From Candidatus Dormiibacterota bacterium (GTDB lineage Bacteria > Chloroflexota > Dormibacteria > Aeolococcales > Aeolococcaceae): a DNA stretch of 64,000 bases. Numbering within the stretch: the first letter of the stretch is position 1; each line of letters begins with the position of its first letter. The translations under genes were made by a program, and so were the position numbers. The stretch covers positions 576,001 through 640,000 of the forward strand of contig OY970355.1 in the NCBI GenBank assembly GCA_963718525.1, read 5' to 3'. The notes under the pieces are model-generated. The model ran no database searches and was not told where the DNA came from. It worked only from the letters and a program-made list of their open reading frames with translations. Of this stretch, positions 21,385-30,944 are shown in pieces.

Positions 21385-21899
21385 GCACTGCAAGCGAAAC
21401 CTCGGTTCCCGAGACCACGATCATGGCGCCCGCCGATCTGCCGACCATCACGATCCAGCGGACGTTCGCCTCGACACCGAGCCAGGTGTTCCGGGCGTTT
21501 GTTGAGCCGGAACTGTTCAGCCGGTGGATCGGGCCGCACAGCATCGAAGCTCGAATCGACCATTGGGACGCCCGGACCGGCGGGAGTTGGAGGTACGCCG
21601 CCTGGCGGGACGGGGAGCGCGTCGCCGGTTTCTACGGGTCGTTCCATGAGATTCGCCCCGACGAGCGGTTGGTGCAGACGTTCACCTACGACGGCGCTCC
21701 CGACGGGGTCAGCCTCGACACGACGACCTTCACCGCTCTGCCCGACGGCGGCACCCGCCTTACCACGGTTTCAGTGGTGGAGTCTCTCGAGATTCGCAAT
21801 CTGATCCTCGCCAGCGGAATGGACAGTGGCGTCCGGGAGGGGTACGCAAAGCTCGACGTGCTGCTCCAGGATCGAGCTATTATTCAACCTTGTGGTTGA
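21381..21899 (+). CDS. SRPBCC/AHSA1 domain protein
   Basis: ITIQRTF, RWIGP, DARTGGSWRY, RLVQTF, SGMDSG; ATGA overlap with ArsR. Confidence 0.9.
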   Translation: MSTASETSVPETTIMAPADLPTITIQRTFASTPSQVFRAFVEPELFSRWIGPHSIEARIDHWDARTGGSWRYAAWRDGERVAGFYGSFHEIRPDERLVQTFTYDGAPDGVSLDTTTFTALPDGGTRLTTVSVVESLEIRNLILASGMDSGVREGYAKLDVLLQDRAIIQPCG

Positions 21900-21900
21900 A
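21883..21900. promoter_or_regulatory. Third ArsR-type operator, overlapping a stop/start junction
   Basis: TTCAACC-TTGT-GGTTGAA palindrome. Confidence 0.7.
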
Positions 21901-22224
21901 TATGAAACGGCGCTCGATGCGACATTCGCAGCGCTGAGCCACCCCGTTAGGCGCGAGATGCTCGACGATCTGCGGGAAGGTCCGATGCGCGTGACCGATC
22001 TCGCTGAGCCATTCACCGTCTCGCTCGCAGCATCGTCCAAGCACATCAAGGTCCTGGAGCATGCCGGGCTGGTGAGCCGGACGGTTTCCGGACGCGACCA
22101 TGTGCTCACTCTTCAAGGCACGCCTCTGGGAGATGCCGGGCGATGGATCGGCGTCTACCGCCAATTCTGGGATGGGCGACTCGATGCATTGGACGCGCAA
22201 CTCCGCGCCAGGGCACGGCGATGA
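21892..22224 (+). CDS. ArsR/SmtB family regulator
   Basis: MVEY..LDATFAALSHPVRR, SKHIKVLEHAGLV. Confidence 0.9.
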   Translation: MVEYETALDATFAALSHPVRREMLDDLREGPMRVTDLAEPFTVSLAASSKHIKVLEHAGLVSRTVSGRDHVLTLQGTPLGDAGRWIGVYRQFWDGRLDALDAQLRARARR

Positions 22225-22697
22225 CCGATCCGCCGCAGGAACCGGCTACGGCCATCTACATCGAGCGACTCCTACCGGCGTCGATCGACGAGGTGTTTGC
22301 CGCCTGGACCGATCCTGCGCTTATGGCGAATTGGCTATCGCCAATCGGCCATGCCGAGATCGAGGCCGACCTGAGGGTAGGCGGTCAGTTCTGCGTGACC
22401 ATGGTCGGCGACGACCTTCGCCTTGAACACACCGGTGTATACCTCGTGATTGACCCTCCGCGCCGGCTCTCGTTCACGTGGCTCTCGCCCTACACCGGGG
22501 GGCATGCCAGCCGGGTCGATGTCACGCTCACCGCTCACGGCGCGACAACGCTGCTTGTCCTGACCCACCAGCGACTGCCTGACGAGACCACTGCATCCCA
22601 CGAGGGCGGCTGGGTGGCCATGCTCGACCGCCTGGACGCGTTGCTGGGCGCCAGCGTCGGGGCGACGCCGGCGCCCATGAGTGACGATGCTCCATGA
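22221..22697 (+). CDS. SRPBCC/AHSA1 domain protein
   Basis: VFAAWTDP, DLRVGG, PPRRLSFTW, HEGGW. Confidence 0.9.
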   Translation: MTDPPQEPATAIYIERLLPASIDEVFAAWTDPALMANWLSPIGHAEIEADLRVGGQFCVTMVGDDLRLEHTGVYLVIDPPRRLSFTWLSPYTGGHASRVDVTLTAHGATTLLVLTHQRLPDETTASHEGGWVAMLDRLDALLGASVGATPAPMSDDAP

Positions 22698-23128
22698 GCG
22701 TCGACGTCATCACGCAGATCGACATCGACGTTCCACGCGAGCGCGTCGCCGCTTACGCGATGGATCCCGACAACGCAACGACCTGGTACGAAAACATCAA
22801 ATCCGTGACCTGGGAAACCCCCAAGCCGCAGATGGTCGGCTCTCGTTTTGCGTTCGTGGCTCGGTTTCTTGGGCGGCGGATTGCCTACACGTACGAGGTC
22901 AAGGAATTGGTGCCGGGTACACGATATGTGATGGCCACGGCGCAGGGTCCGTTTCCGATGGAGACGAGCTACGCATGGGAAGATACGGCCGCCAGCGCGA
23001 CGCGCATGACATTGAGAAATCGTGGCGAGCCATCTGGCTTCTCGAGGTGGGCGGGTCCGGTGATGGTTCGAGCAATGCGCCGGGCCAACACCAAGGACCT
23101 CCGACGCCTGAAGGCGATTCTCGAGTGA
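22694..23128 (+). CDS. SRPBCC (polyketide cyclase-like) protein
   Basis: DPDNATTWYENI, GPFPMETSY, KDLRRLKAILE. Confidence 0.88.
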   Translation: MSVDVITQIDIDVPRERVAAYAMDPDNATTWYENIKSVTWETPKPQMVGSRFAFVARFLGRRIAYTYEVKELVPGTRYVMATAQGPFPMETSYAWEDTAASATRMTLRNRGEPSGFSRWAGPVMVRAMRRANTKDLRRLKAILE

Positions 23129-23233
23129 GCGACCCCTCGAGCGTTCGAGGGTTGATCACAGACGGAAGCGGGTAGCGCGCGTTGCGCCACCCGCTATCCG
23201 CTGACCCGCGTCGACGCGAAACTGACGGCGGCG

Positions 23234-24181
23234 TCAGCTCTCGTCTGGGAAGAAGACGAAGCCGTGTGCGGCGCTGCTCGCGTCGGTGTAGTACCCAACG
23301 AGCTCACCGGTGTCGCCCACGGACTGGACCGAGCTGCCGGTGACGCCCCTGGGGTCATCGATCGTGGTGAACCGTCCTCGGTTCAGGGTGAACCCGTGGA
23401 GCACTCCGGCGGCGTCGAAGTACTGCCCTGCAACCTCTCCGGTGTCGTTGATCCCGAAGGTCTCGGTTCCCAGGCCGCTGCCGTTGGCCGCGCTGGGATC
23501 GTCGATGAGCGCACTCATGCGACCGTTCCGATCGAGGACTCCATGATGGTCGCCGTGGGCGTCGATGAGCGCTGCCACTGCGACACCGTGGTTGTTGATG
23601 GAGCAGAGCGCGATTCCCTGCCCTGCGGCGGTCCCCGCGTGTGGATCGTCGACTGTCCTATATCTCCCTTCGATCAGCGTGAAGCCGTGAACGACGCCGG
23701 CGGCGTCGATGTAACCGCCGGTGATATCGCCGTCATCGTTGATGCCTTGCGGGATCGTTCCCTGCCCCGCCGACGCGCCCGCTTTCGGGTCGTTCAGCGT
23801 GGTGAAGTTGCGACCCCGGAAGAGAAACCCGTGCAGCACGCCGACGCTGTCGACGTAGTACCCGACCATGGCGCCGCGCGAGTTGATGCTCAGGGGATCG
23901 GTCCCCTGAAAAGCCCCGGCTCCGGCATGGGGATCGTTGACAGGAGTGAGCCGGCCGTCGTCGTAGAGGAAGCCGAAGCCCTGGTTGGTGCTGTCGTAGT
24001 AGTTGCCGACCACCGCACCATGTTTGTTGATGCCCGATGGAAATGTTCCCTGGCCAGCGGCCGTGCCGGCGGTGGGGACATCGATGGTGACGAACCGGCC
24101 GTCGCCGGACGCGCGGGCCTGGACCGCCGAGAACATCAGCGGTGCCATGGCAAAAAGGATGACGATCATGCGTCGCTTCAC
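23234..24181 (-). CDS. Secreted tandem-repeat (HAF-like) beta-propeller protein
   Basis: Signal peptide, then six ~48-aa repeats T(I/V/L)DDP.A...GT...GIN..G.VVG.Y.D..G..HGF. Confidence 0.85.
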   Translation of the reverse strand: MKRRMIVILFAMAPLMFSAVQARASGDGRFVTIDVPTAGTAAGQGTFPSGINKHGAVVGNYYDSTNQGFGFLYDDGRLTPVNDPHAGAGAFQGTDPLSINSRGAMVGYYVDSVGVLHGFLFRGRNFTTLNDPKAGASAGQGTIPQGINDDGDITGGYIDAAGVVHGFTLIEGRYRTVDDPHAGTAAGQGIALCSINNHGVAVAALIDAHGDHHGVLDRNGRMSALIDDPSAANGSGLGTETFGINDTGEVAGQYFDAAGVLHGFTLNRGRFTTIDDPRGVTGSSVQSVGDTGELVGYYTDASSAAHGFVFFPDES

Positions 24182-24417
24182 CTGTGTTCACCTCCGGTGT
24201 GATCAAAACTGATTGTGCTTCCGTGCTCGCTCACGCTCGGCACGGGTGGTTGCTCCTTGGCCTTCAGGGCCGTTCAATTCCACGTCTTCATTTCAGTCTC
24301 CTTCGAGAGCCCGCCCCACCTGGGCGTTTCGTCCCTCATCAGAGACTGCGCGAGGAAACTCGCCCGATCGCTAGGCGCTGCCTCGCGATCCGAAGTTGCT
24401 TCGCCGTCGGAATCGGT

Positions 24418-27294
24418 TCAGAGCCGCCACGTCGCCGGCTCAGCCGGCTCGTAGACGCAGAATCCCCCGGTCCGCACCGAGCGGCGTAAGTGGCGTCCGA
24501 GCTCAGCATGGGCGGCGTCGACGTGGTTGAGCGCGTCCCGAATCCGCCAGGTCACCGCCTTGCGGGCCCGCTCGGCGGGATCGAGTGCGCGACGCGGCCG
24601 GCCGCTCAGCCCCACTGCGGCGCTCAGCTCGGCAAGCAGGAACTCTCGCTCCTCGCGCGCACGTCCCGCCCGTTCCGGGTCGTTGGCGGCGTCGGCGTCG
24701 TCGATCTCCTGCTCGAGGTCGGTCAACCGCTCCCTGTACTGCGCCCTCGCCTCGCTGTCGAGCATCTCGCCGGCGTCCGCCTCCGCACTCATGCCGAGCT
24801 CGGCAAGCTCACGCATCGCCACGGGCTTTCCTCGACCGCTCGCGAGATCCACGGCGGCCACCTCCCTACCAGGAGTGGCCATCAGCTGTGCAATGTCGCG
24901 AAGGCCCTTGCTGTCCCGCAATCGCACCGTCTTTCCCATGAACGTCAGCGACCAGTACTCCCCTGCGCGCACGAACTCGGCCTCGGGTGGGGCGTCCGCT
25001 TCGCCACCTGCGCTTCTGTGTGACGGTGTCGCCACGACCTCAAGGTCCGCCGCCTCCATCTCTCCAAGGCCAAATCGCACCGCATCCTGAAGCGACATTC
25101 GGGCGCCCTCGCTCAACAGGACATCACTCGCTTCATCGCCAAGCAACGCTCGAGGCCGACGCTGCGCGTCCTCAACGTCGTTTGCATACTCCACGACGCC
25201 TGCGGTGCTGAGCAGCGAGCTCGCCGCACCAAGAAGTCGCAGCGATCGCTCGGGTTGTGTGTCCATCGCCACCTTAGCAAGCACGGACAAGGCGTACGCG
25301 ACGCTGGTTCTGCTCCCCAGCTCTCGCTCGATCGTCAGCACCTGTTTGGAGTGTTCCTCCGCTTCAGCGACGTCGCCGCACTCCCACTCGATCTCCGCAA
25401 GGCTCTCAAGGAAGCCCGACATCTGCCAAGGGTCATCCCGGCTGTTCGCTAACGCGAGCGCCTCTTCGACCTTCGCTCGCGCCCGAACGAGATCGCCTCC
25501 GACCTGAAGTGTGCATCCATAGTTATTGAGAAGGCGGCCCAGTGCCTCGAGGTCGTTCGCCCTCCTGATGTGCTGCTCCGCGGCTTCATAGACCGAGAGG
25601 CAGTACGTGATCCATCCTTCGGCGCGCTCGGTGCTCGCCACGGCACCCAGGGCGCTGAGGGCCTGACCGACATAGAGGTCGCTGTCCAACTCCCGCGCGA
25701 GCGCGAGGCAGTCGTTCCCAAGCTGACGGGCTTCGACCGGGAATCCGCGGTACCAGGCCCAGTAGCTCGCGTCATACAGAGCTTGGAGGCGCAGATCGTC
25801 TCGAGGCTCGTAGAGCTCGAGAGCCTTCTGCAGCCATTCGCGGCCCTCGGCAGGGTTGTTTCTGATCCAGTAGCGCTCCAGAGCGAGCGCGAGCCTGAGT
25901 GCGGCGCGTGTGTCGTGGTCGAGAGCCCACCCAAAACATGCTCTGAAGTTGTCGAGTTCATCTGCCACCCGCCGCATCCATGCAGCTTGTCGCGGTCCTC
26001 GTAGCGCCCTGAAGGCATCGTCCCCGAGGCCGAGGAAGAAATGAGCATGGAGACTGCGAATCTCGTCGGATTCGTCGGCTTGTGCAAGTCGCTCAGCTGC
26101 ATATTGGCGTATCGGCTCGAGGAGTCGGTAACGCCCCGGCTCGTGTGCACCTTCGAGCGAAATCACCAAGGACTTGTCGACCAGGGCACTGAGCGTTCGG
26201 AGCCAAGACTGGTTGGACGTGTCGCCGTCATGCACACGGCAGGCTGATTCGGCCGCGTCCAGGGTGAAGCCACCGGCAAACACTGAGAGGCGCCGAAAGA
26301 GGGCCTTCTCATCATCGCTCAGCAGCTGATGGCTCCAATCGAAGGTCGCCTGGAGTGTTCGCTGCCTCGGCATCGATGTCCGCCGGCCACCGGTGATCAG
26401 GTTGAACTGTTCGGCGATGCGCTCTTCGATTGCAGTGACCGACATGGCTCGCGTGCTCGCCGCGACAAGCTCGACGGCGAGCGGGATTCCGTCCACGAGA
26501 TGGCAGATCCGTAGGACCGCGGCCGCATTGTCGTCGGTCAGGTCGAACCCCGGTCGGGCAGCTCGTGCGCGTTGAATGAGCAGTTGCACCGTCTCGCAAC
26601 AGCGCAGCTCCTCCATGCCGTACGTGCGATGCGTATCCAGCGTGGTCATCGACGGAACGCGCCAGGTGACTTCGCCATCGACGCCGAGCACGTCTCGACT
26701 GGTGGCAAGCATATGCAGGCCAGGGCAACGCCGCAGCAAAAGGTCCGCCAGTTGAGCCGCCGTCTCGATGAGGTGCTCGCAATTGTCGAGGACGCAGAGA
26801 AGCTCCCTTGGACCGATCACGCTGAGCAACGTTTCCGTCGGGGTGAGGCCCGGCGGGGTTATGTACCCGAGAGCACTCATAACGGCCTCGGGCACGAGCT
26901 GTGGATCCGTCAGACCAGCGAGTTCCACGAGCCAGACGCCGTCCTCGTAGCCTCCCAACAAGTCACGCGCCACCTCGAGGGCGAGCCGGGTCTTGCCGAT
27001 GCCGCCAGCTCCCGTGAGTGTGACCAGGCGCGACTCCATTAGCAGACCCTTCACCGCGTCGATCTCCGCGGACCGACCGATGAAGCTCGTCAGCTGAAGC
27101 GGGAGGTTCGAACGCTCGGCGATGTCGGCGAGACGGCATAGTGCAGCCATCAATGACTCGTCAGGCGCACCAGACGGATCACGACACCGATCTTCCAGGC
27201 ATTGGTGGGTGGGTAGTTCCAGAAGGGCGAAAGCATTTCTCGATCCCCCGACAACTTCATGGGCGATCGTAGCTATTTTGCTGGCTGTCCACAC
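24418..27294 (-). CDS. STAND (NB-ARC-like) ATPase-TPR protein with non-LuxR C-terminal domain
   Basis: NLPLQLTSFIGR, GAGGIGKTRLA, LDNCEHL, DGIPLAVEL; C-terminal LRDSKGL...ERARKAVTWRIR...SVRTGGFCVYEP; start uncertain. Confidence 0.88.
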   Translation of the reverse strand: MWTASKIATIAHEVVGGSRNAFALLELPTHQCLEDRCRDPSGAPDESLMAALCRLADIAERSNLPLQLTSFIGRSAEIDAVKGLLMESRLVTLTGAGGIGKTRLALEVARDLLGGYEDGVWLVELAGLTDPQLVPEAVMSALGYITPPGLTPTETLLSVIGPRELLCVLDNCEHLIETAAQLADLLLRRCPGLHMLATSRDVLGVDGEVTWRVPSMTTLDTHRTYGMEELRCCETVQLLIQRARAARPGFDLTDDNAAAVLRICHLVDGIPLAVELVAASTRAMSVTAIEERIAEQFNLITGGRRTSMPRQRTLQATFDWSHQLLSDDEKALFRRLSVFAGGFTLDAAESACRVHDGDTSNQSWLRTLSALVDKSLVISLEGAHEPGRYRLLEPIRQYAAERLAQADESDEIRSLHAHFFLGLGDDAFRALRGPRQAAWMRRVADELDNFRACFGWALDHDTRAALRLALALERYWIRNNPAEGREWLQKALELYEPRDDLRLQALYDASYWAWYRGFPVEARQLGNDCLALARELDSDLYVGQALSALGAVASTERAEGWITYCLSVYEAAEQHIRRANDLEALGRLLNNYGCTLQVGGDLVRARAKVEEALALANSRDDPWQMSGFLESLAEIEWECGDVAEAEEHSKQVLTIERELGSRTSVAYALSVLAKVAMDTQPERSLRLLGAASSLLSTAGVVEYANDVEDAQRRPRALLGDEASDVLLSEGARMSLQDAVRFGLGEMEAADLEVVATPSHRSAGGEADAPPEAEFVRAGEYWSLTFMGKTVRLRDSKGLRDIAQLMATPGREVAAVDLASGRGKPVAMRELAELGMSAEADAGEMLDSEARAQYRERLTDLEQEIDDADAANDPERAGRAREEREFLLAELSAAVGLSGRPRRALDPAERARKAVTWRIRDALNHVDAAHAELGRHLRRSVRTGGFCVYEPAEPATWRL

Positions 27295-27572
27295 GACAGG
27301 AGTCCGCCAGGTCGGCGGCTCACGCTGCCGGATAGCCCGTGCTGATGGTTGGTGGTGAGGCCCCGGGCCTAGGGCTCTTATCGGATTGGGCAGTGGGAGT
27401 TCCGCCTCGCGAGGGCATGCCTGACGTGCATCAACTAACGGAGCATGCCTTCGAATCGCTCGCGTGCGAAGATCGCATGCCGCGGGGCACCAAGAAGAGC
27501 CGCGTCGCGGCGCAACTTGAGACCCGTGTGTCCTCTATCAGGCCAGCAGTTCAGGCGCGCGTGGAGGTTGAC

Positions 27573-28187
27573 ATGACGAGTATTGCGGTCATCGGCTCAG
27601 GGAAGATCGGCGGAGGGTTGGCGAAGAAGTGGGCAGCCAAGGGGCACGCGGTGACCTTCGGAGCGCGTTCCCCGACCAAGCCCGCGCTAGTGGACCTGGC
27701 GGAGAAGATCGGGGCCAGGCGTACAGAGATAGAAGGTGCCGTGCGGCACAACGAGATCGTGCTCTTCGCGATCCCTGGCAACGAGATGGCGGAGACCGTG
27801 TCGCATCTGGGAAGCCTCCTCAACGACAAGCTGGTGGTCGACGCTGCCAACAACGTGAGCGCCGAGCACATGCACAGTGCGGTCGCGATTGCGGAGGCGG
27901 CACCCGGGGCGGCGTACTGCAGGGCGTTCAGCTGCTACGGATGGGAGCAAATAGAGCGACCGGATTTCGACGGAACTCGGGCCGATGGCTTCTATTGCGG
28001 GCCTGACGGCGCCCACCGTGTGACGATTGAGCAGTTGATCGCCGATGTTGGTTTTCGGCCTGTACGGGTGGGCGGTCCAGAGGATATCGACGTCGTGGAC
28101 GGGTTGCTCCGTCTTTGGTTCACGATGGTGATGAAGCATGGGCACAGCCGGCGTTTGGCCTTCAAGGTGCTCGAGGACAGAGGCTGA
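27573..28187 (+). CDS. NADPH-dependent F420 reductase-like dinucleotide-binding oxidoreductase
   Basis: IAVIGSGKIGG, VVDAANN, GFRPVRVG; GGAGG RBS. Confidence 0.85.
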   Translation: MTSIAVIGSGKIGGGLAKKWAAKGHAVTFGARSPTKPALVDLAEKIGARRTEIEGAVRHNEIVLFAIPGNEMAETVSHLGSLLNDKLVVDAANNVSAEHMHSAVAIAEAAPGAAYCRAFSCYGWEQIERPDFDGTRADGFYCGPDGAHRVTIEQLIADVGFRPVRVGGPEDIDVVDGLLRLWFTMVMKHGHSRRLAFKVLEDRG

Positions 28188-28318
28188 TCGCAGATTGGCT
28201 GGGGGGGCCGCCGCCCCACTCGTAGGGTTTTCCCGCTTTCGGTGCGTCCGGCGCACCGATACGCTGCCGGTGTGACGCCACGCAAAGCGAACGAAGACAC
28301 ACCACAGAGGATGGTCGC

Positions 28319-29785
28319 ATGCGACACATTCGGGCCGTGACCTCACGACTGTTTCCCTACCGGATCGCGTTGACTCGAAGGGCTGCTCGCCCACTCAGCG
28401 CGGCTACGCAGGCCCAACGCTCACGCCGGCACATCTTGCCCGCGCTTTGCGCCTTCGGAATGGCGACGCTCGCCTTCGGTGTACTGATTGGCGTCACCGC
28501 CTCGCCTGCCTTGGCCGATCTGGCGATAACTGTGCCGTGTGCGGGCAACCCGTCAACCAGCGGGCCGCAGGGTCTCGTGAACGCGATCACAGCAGCCAAC
28601 ACCTACGGGGCTGCCCATCCCGGGCACAAGACAGAGATCAACGTTGTCAACGCCTGCGCCTACGACCTCACCGCCCAGTACAACACCTATGACAGCTCGC
28701 CCACTGCGCTGCCGCAAATCACCTCGACGATCGTCATCAACGGCCAGGGTGGAAACGACCAGCCGGCGATCATCCTGCGCAGTGTCGCCAGCGGAACGCT
28801 CCCCTTCAGGCTGATCGACGTCGCCCCCAATGGCAACCTGACGCTCAACTCGATCCAGATCACCAACGGACTCACACCAGACGGCGCCCCGTGGACGCTC
28901 GTGAATGGCGCCGAAAACGGCAACAGTGCCCCTGACGGCGGCGGCATCTACTCGAGCGGTCACCTCACCCTCCAAGACAGCGTCGTCAGCGGCAACGCCA
29001 GCGGCAGCGGCAGCCCCGGCGGCCCCAACGCCTCCGGGGACGCCAACGGCGGAAACGGTGGCGACGGTAGCGGCATCTACAACAATGGCGGCATCCTGAC
29101 GGCCATGAACGGCGACAGCATTTCGGGCAATGCGACCGGCAACGGCGGCAGCGGCGGCGGCTTCGCCCCCTACTTCAACACCGGCAATGCCAACGGTGGA
29201 AACGGCGGCAACGGCGGAGGCATCGCCACCGTCGGCTCGGGCACCGTCAGCTTGCGGGACCACACGACGTTGTCCTCCAACTCGACCGGAAACGGCGGCA
29301 ATGGCGGGGCGGCCGTAGGCACCACCACCGGCGGCAATGGCGGCAACGGCGGGAGCTCCTACTCTGCGGGCGGCTCGACGGTCCGGATCAACGGTGGCGA
29401 CACCAACCTCGAACAGAGCAACACCGGCACCGCCGGCGCCGGCGGCGAGGAGTTCGGCGGCGGATTTGGGGCGCCCGGCAAGGCCGGAGATGGCGGTGGA
29501 CTGTTCACCTCCGGCGTCGTCTCCACCAACGGCACGAACTTCACGGAGAACATCGCCGGTGGACCTCAGCAGTCAACGTCGGGCACCGGCAACGGCGGCG
29601 GCCTGGCCGCTGAGGGCGGGGCCAAGGTGACTATCCGGCAGGGATCGTTCACATGGAACGTCGCCAGCACTGGCGGCGCCGTCTACGATGATTATCCGAC
29701 CTCGACCGTGACGGTCAGTGGCACGATGTTCGCGGACAACACGCCGAACAACTGCACCCCGTCCGGCGGTGGCTGCCCAGCCTGA
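28319..29785 (+). CDS. Secreted glycine-rich beta-solenoid (GGNGG / GGGIY repeats)
   Basis: Hydrophobic leader, LVNAITAAN, LPQITS.I.ING, repeated GGGIY and GGNGGNGG, ends NTPNNC. Confidence 0.75.
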   Translation: MRHIRAVTSRLFPYRIALTRRAARPLSAATQAQRSRRHILPALCAFGMATLAFGVLIGVTASPALADLAITVPCAGNPSTSGPQGLVNAITAANTYGAAHPGHKTEINVVNACAYDLTAQYNTYDSSPTALPQITSTIVINGQGGNDQPAIILRSVASGTLPFRLIDVAPNGNLTLNSIQITNGLTPDGAPWTLVNGAENGNSAPDGGGIYSSGHLTLQDSVVSGNASGSGSPGGPNASGDANGGNGGDGSGIYNNGGILTAMNGDSISGNATGNGGSGGGFAPYFNTGNANGGNGGNGGGIATVGSGTVSLRDHTTLSSNSTGNGGNGGAAVGTTTGGNGGNGGSSYSAGGSTVRINGGDTNLEQSNTGTAGAGGEEFGGGFGAPGKAGDGGGLFTSGVVSTNGTNFTENIAGGPQQSTSGTGNGGGLAAEGGAKVTIRQGSFTWNVASTGGAVYDDYPTSTVTVSGTMFADNTPNNCTPSGGGCPA

Positions 29786-29800
29786 TCCACTGACGTATCC

Positions 29801-29833
29801 GGCGGTCGCGGCTCGATGCGGGCCGCGACCGCC
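29801..29833 (+). terminator. GC-rich hairpin after the glycine-rich gene
   Basis: GGCGGTCGCGGCTCG-atg-CGGGCCGCGACCGCC. Confidence 0.55.
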
Positions 29834-29928
29834 ACCAAGTCGGTCTAGGCGCTACCAGCAGCAGGCCGTGTCTGTGCTGCAGTTGACCCGGTTTGCCAGA
29901 CGGCCGCGGAAGCCTTGATCGACCGTAA

Positions 29929-30066
29929 TTACAACAGTTCGGTGACAGCTCGTTGGAACGCCATCATGAACTCGTCGCTGTCACGTAGGTTCGCATCGAC
30001 GTACTCACTACCCAGCACGTCCCGACGTCGTTGCAGGCCCCGCTCAAATAACTCGCTTTCAGCCAC
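29929..30066 (-). pseudogene. Truncated carboxymuconolactone decarboxylase-family 5' fragment
   Basis: Manual translation MAESELFERGLQRRRDVLGSEYVDANLRDSDEFMMAFQRAVTELL*, GGAGG RBS; family N-terminus only. Confidence 0.7.
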
Positions 30067-30224
30067 TACGCTACCTCCGTTTCCCGGTGTCTCAGCAGCC
30101 TAGTCGGCGGTAGCCTAGGCCTCGACACTGCGTGTTGTCCACACGACCAAATGACAGCTTCTCAACGGGCTCCGAGGCGACATCCATGAGGTAATGTCAA
30201 GAAGGTCGCTCTGCGCGCCTTCGG

Positions 30225-30557
30225 CTAGGTGCGACCGGACCTTGGTGCTGGTAAGTGCTGTATGGACCAGCCGAGGATCCGTCGCCACGAGGGGGTCTCG
30301 ACGTATTCGCGAGCCGCGTCGAGACGCGCCTGCATCGGTGGTGGGAATGACACATCCCGCATGGCGTCCGAAACGAGATCCGTCAGCGAGAAGTAGAACA
30401 GCCAGCGCCAGGGCGCGGCATCAAAGCTATCGAGGAGTTCTTTCGGGTCCTTCTCGACCATGCGGCACAGGCTGACGAATTCACTCGGCGCTGCTCGGGT
30501 TGCAGCATCAAAGGCAGCCCGTTCACGTGCCGTCGGTGGATACAGTCGTTCGGTCAT
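30225..30557 (-). CDS. Hypothetical protein
   Basis: 110-aa ORF with protein-like composition, no recognised motif. Confidence 0.4.
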   Translation of the reverse strand: MTERLYPPTARERAAFDAATRAAPSEFVSLCRMVEKDPKELLDSFDAAPWRWLFYFSLTDLVSDAMRDVSFPPPMQARLDAAREYVETPSWRRILGWSIQHLPAPRSGRT

Positions 30558-30759
30558 ATGCTTTCGCGCCGTCTTGAAGGGAGCCGGGCCAGGCAAAGCT
30601 CGCGGGCGACCAGGTGGGGGTCGTCGACGTCGATTCAGGGGGGTGCATCGGCCTTGCCCGGCCTGCTCGCGACGATACAGACGTCTGAGAATGCTGTCAG
30701 TGCGCCAGGTCACAGGAAGGACCTCGCCCTATCTGTGAGCACGCGTATCGACGGGCGCT

Positions 30760-30921
30760 GCGGTCGAATTCGGTCTTGATGATTGCGTAGCACTCACAGG
30801 AAAGTGCTCCGAGCCACTGCCGGTTGATGATCGTGACGCCGCCTCGCGCAAAGCGGATCAGCCCCGCGCGCTGCAGGCCACGGGCTGATACGGAAATCGT
30901 CGAACGCCGTGTGCCCAGCAT
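30760..30921 (-). pseudogene. C-terminal HTH fragment of a Crp/Fnr regulator
   Basis: MLGTRRSTISVSARGLQRAGLIRFARGGVTIINR...SCECYAIIKTEFDR; no cNMP-binding domain upstream. Confidence 0.75.
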
Positions 30922-30944
30922 CCGCGGACATCGCGCGACGGGTG

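Noticed and set aside
24294-24348. Canonical hammerhead ribozyme call
   Set aside because: No UH cleavage site joining stem III to stem I, and stem II has a single pair; kept only as an unassigned structured element.
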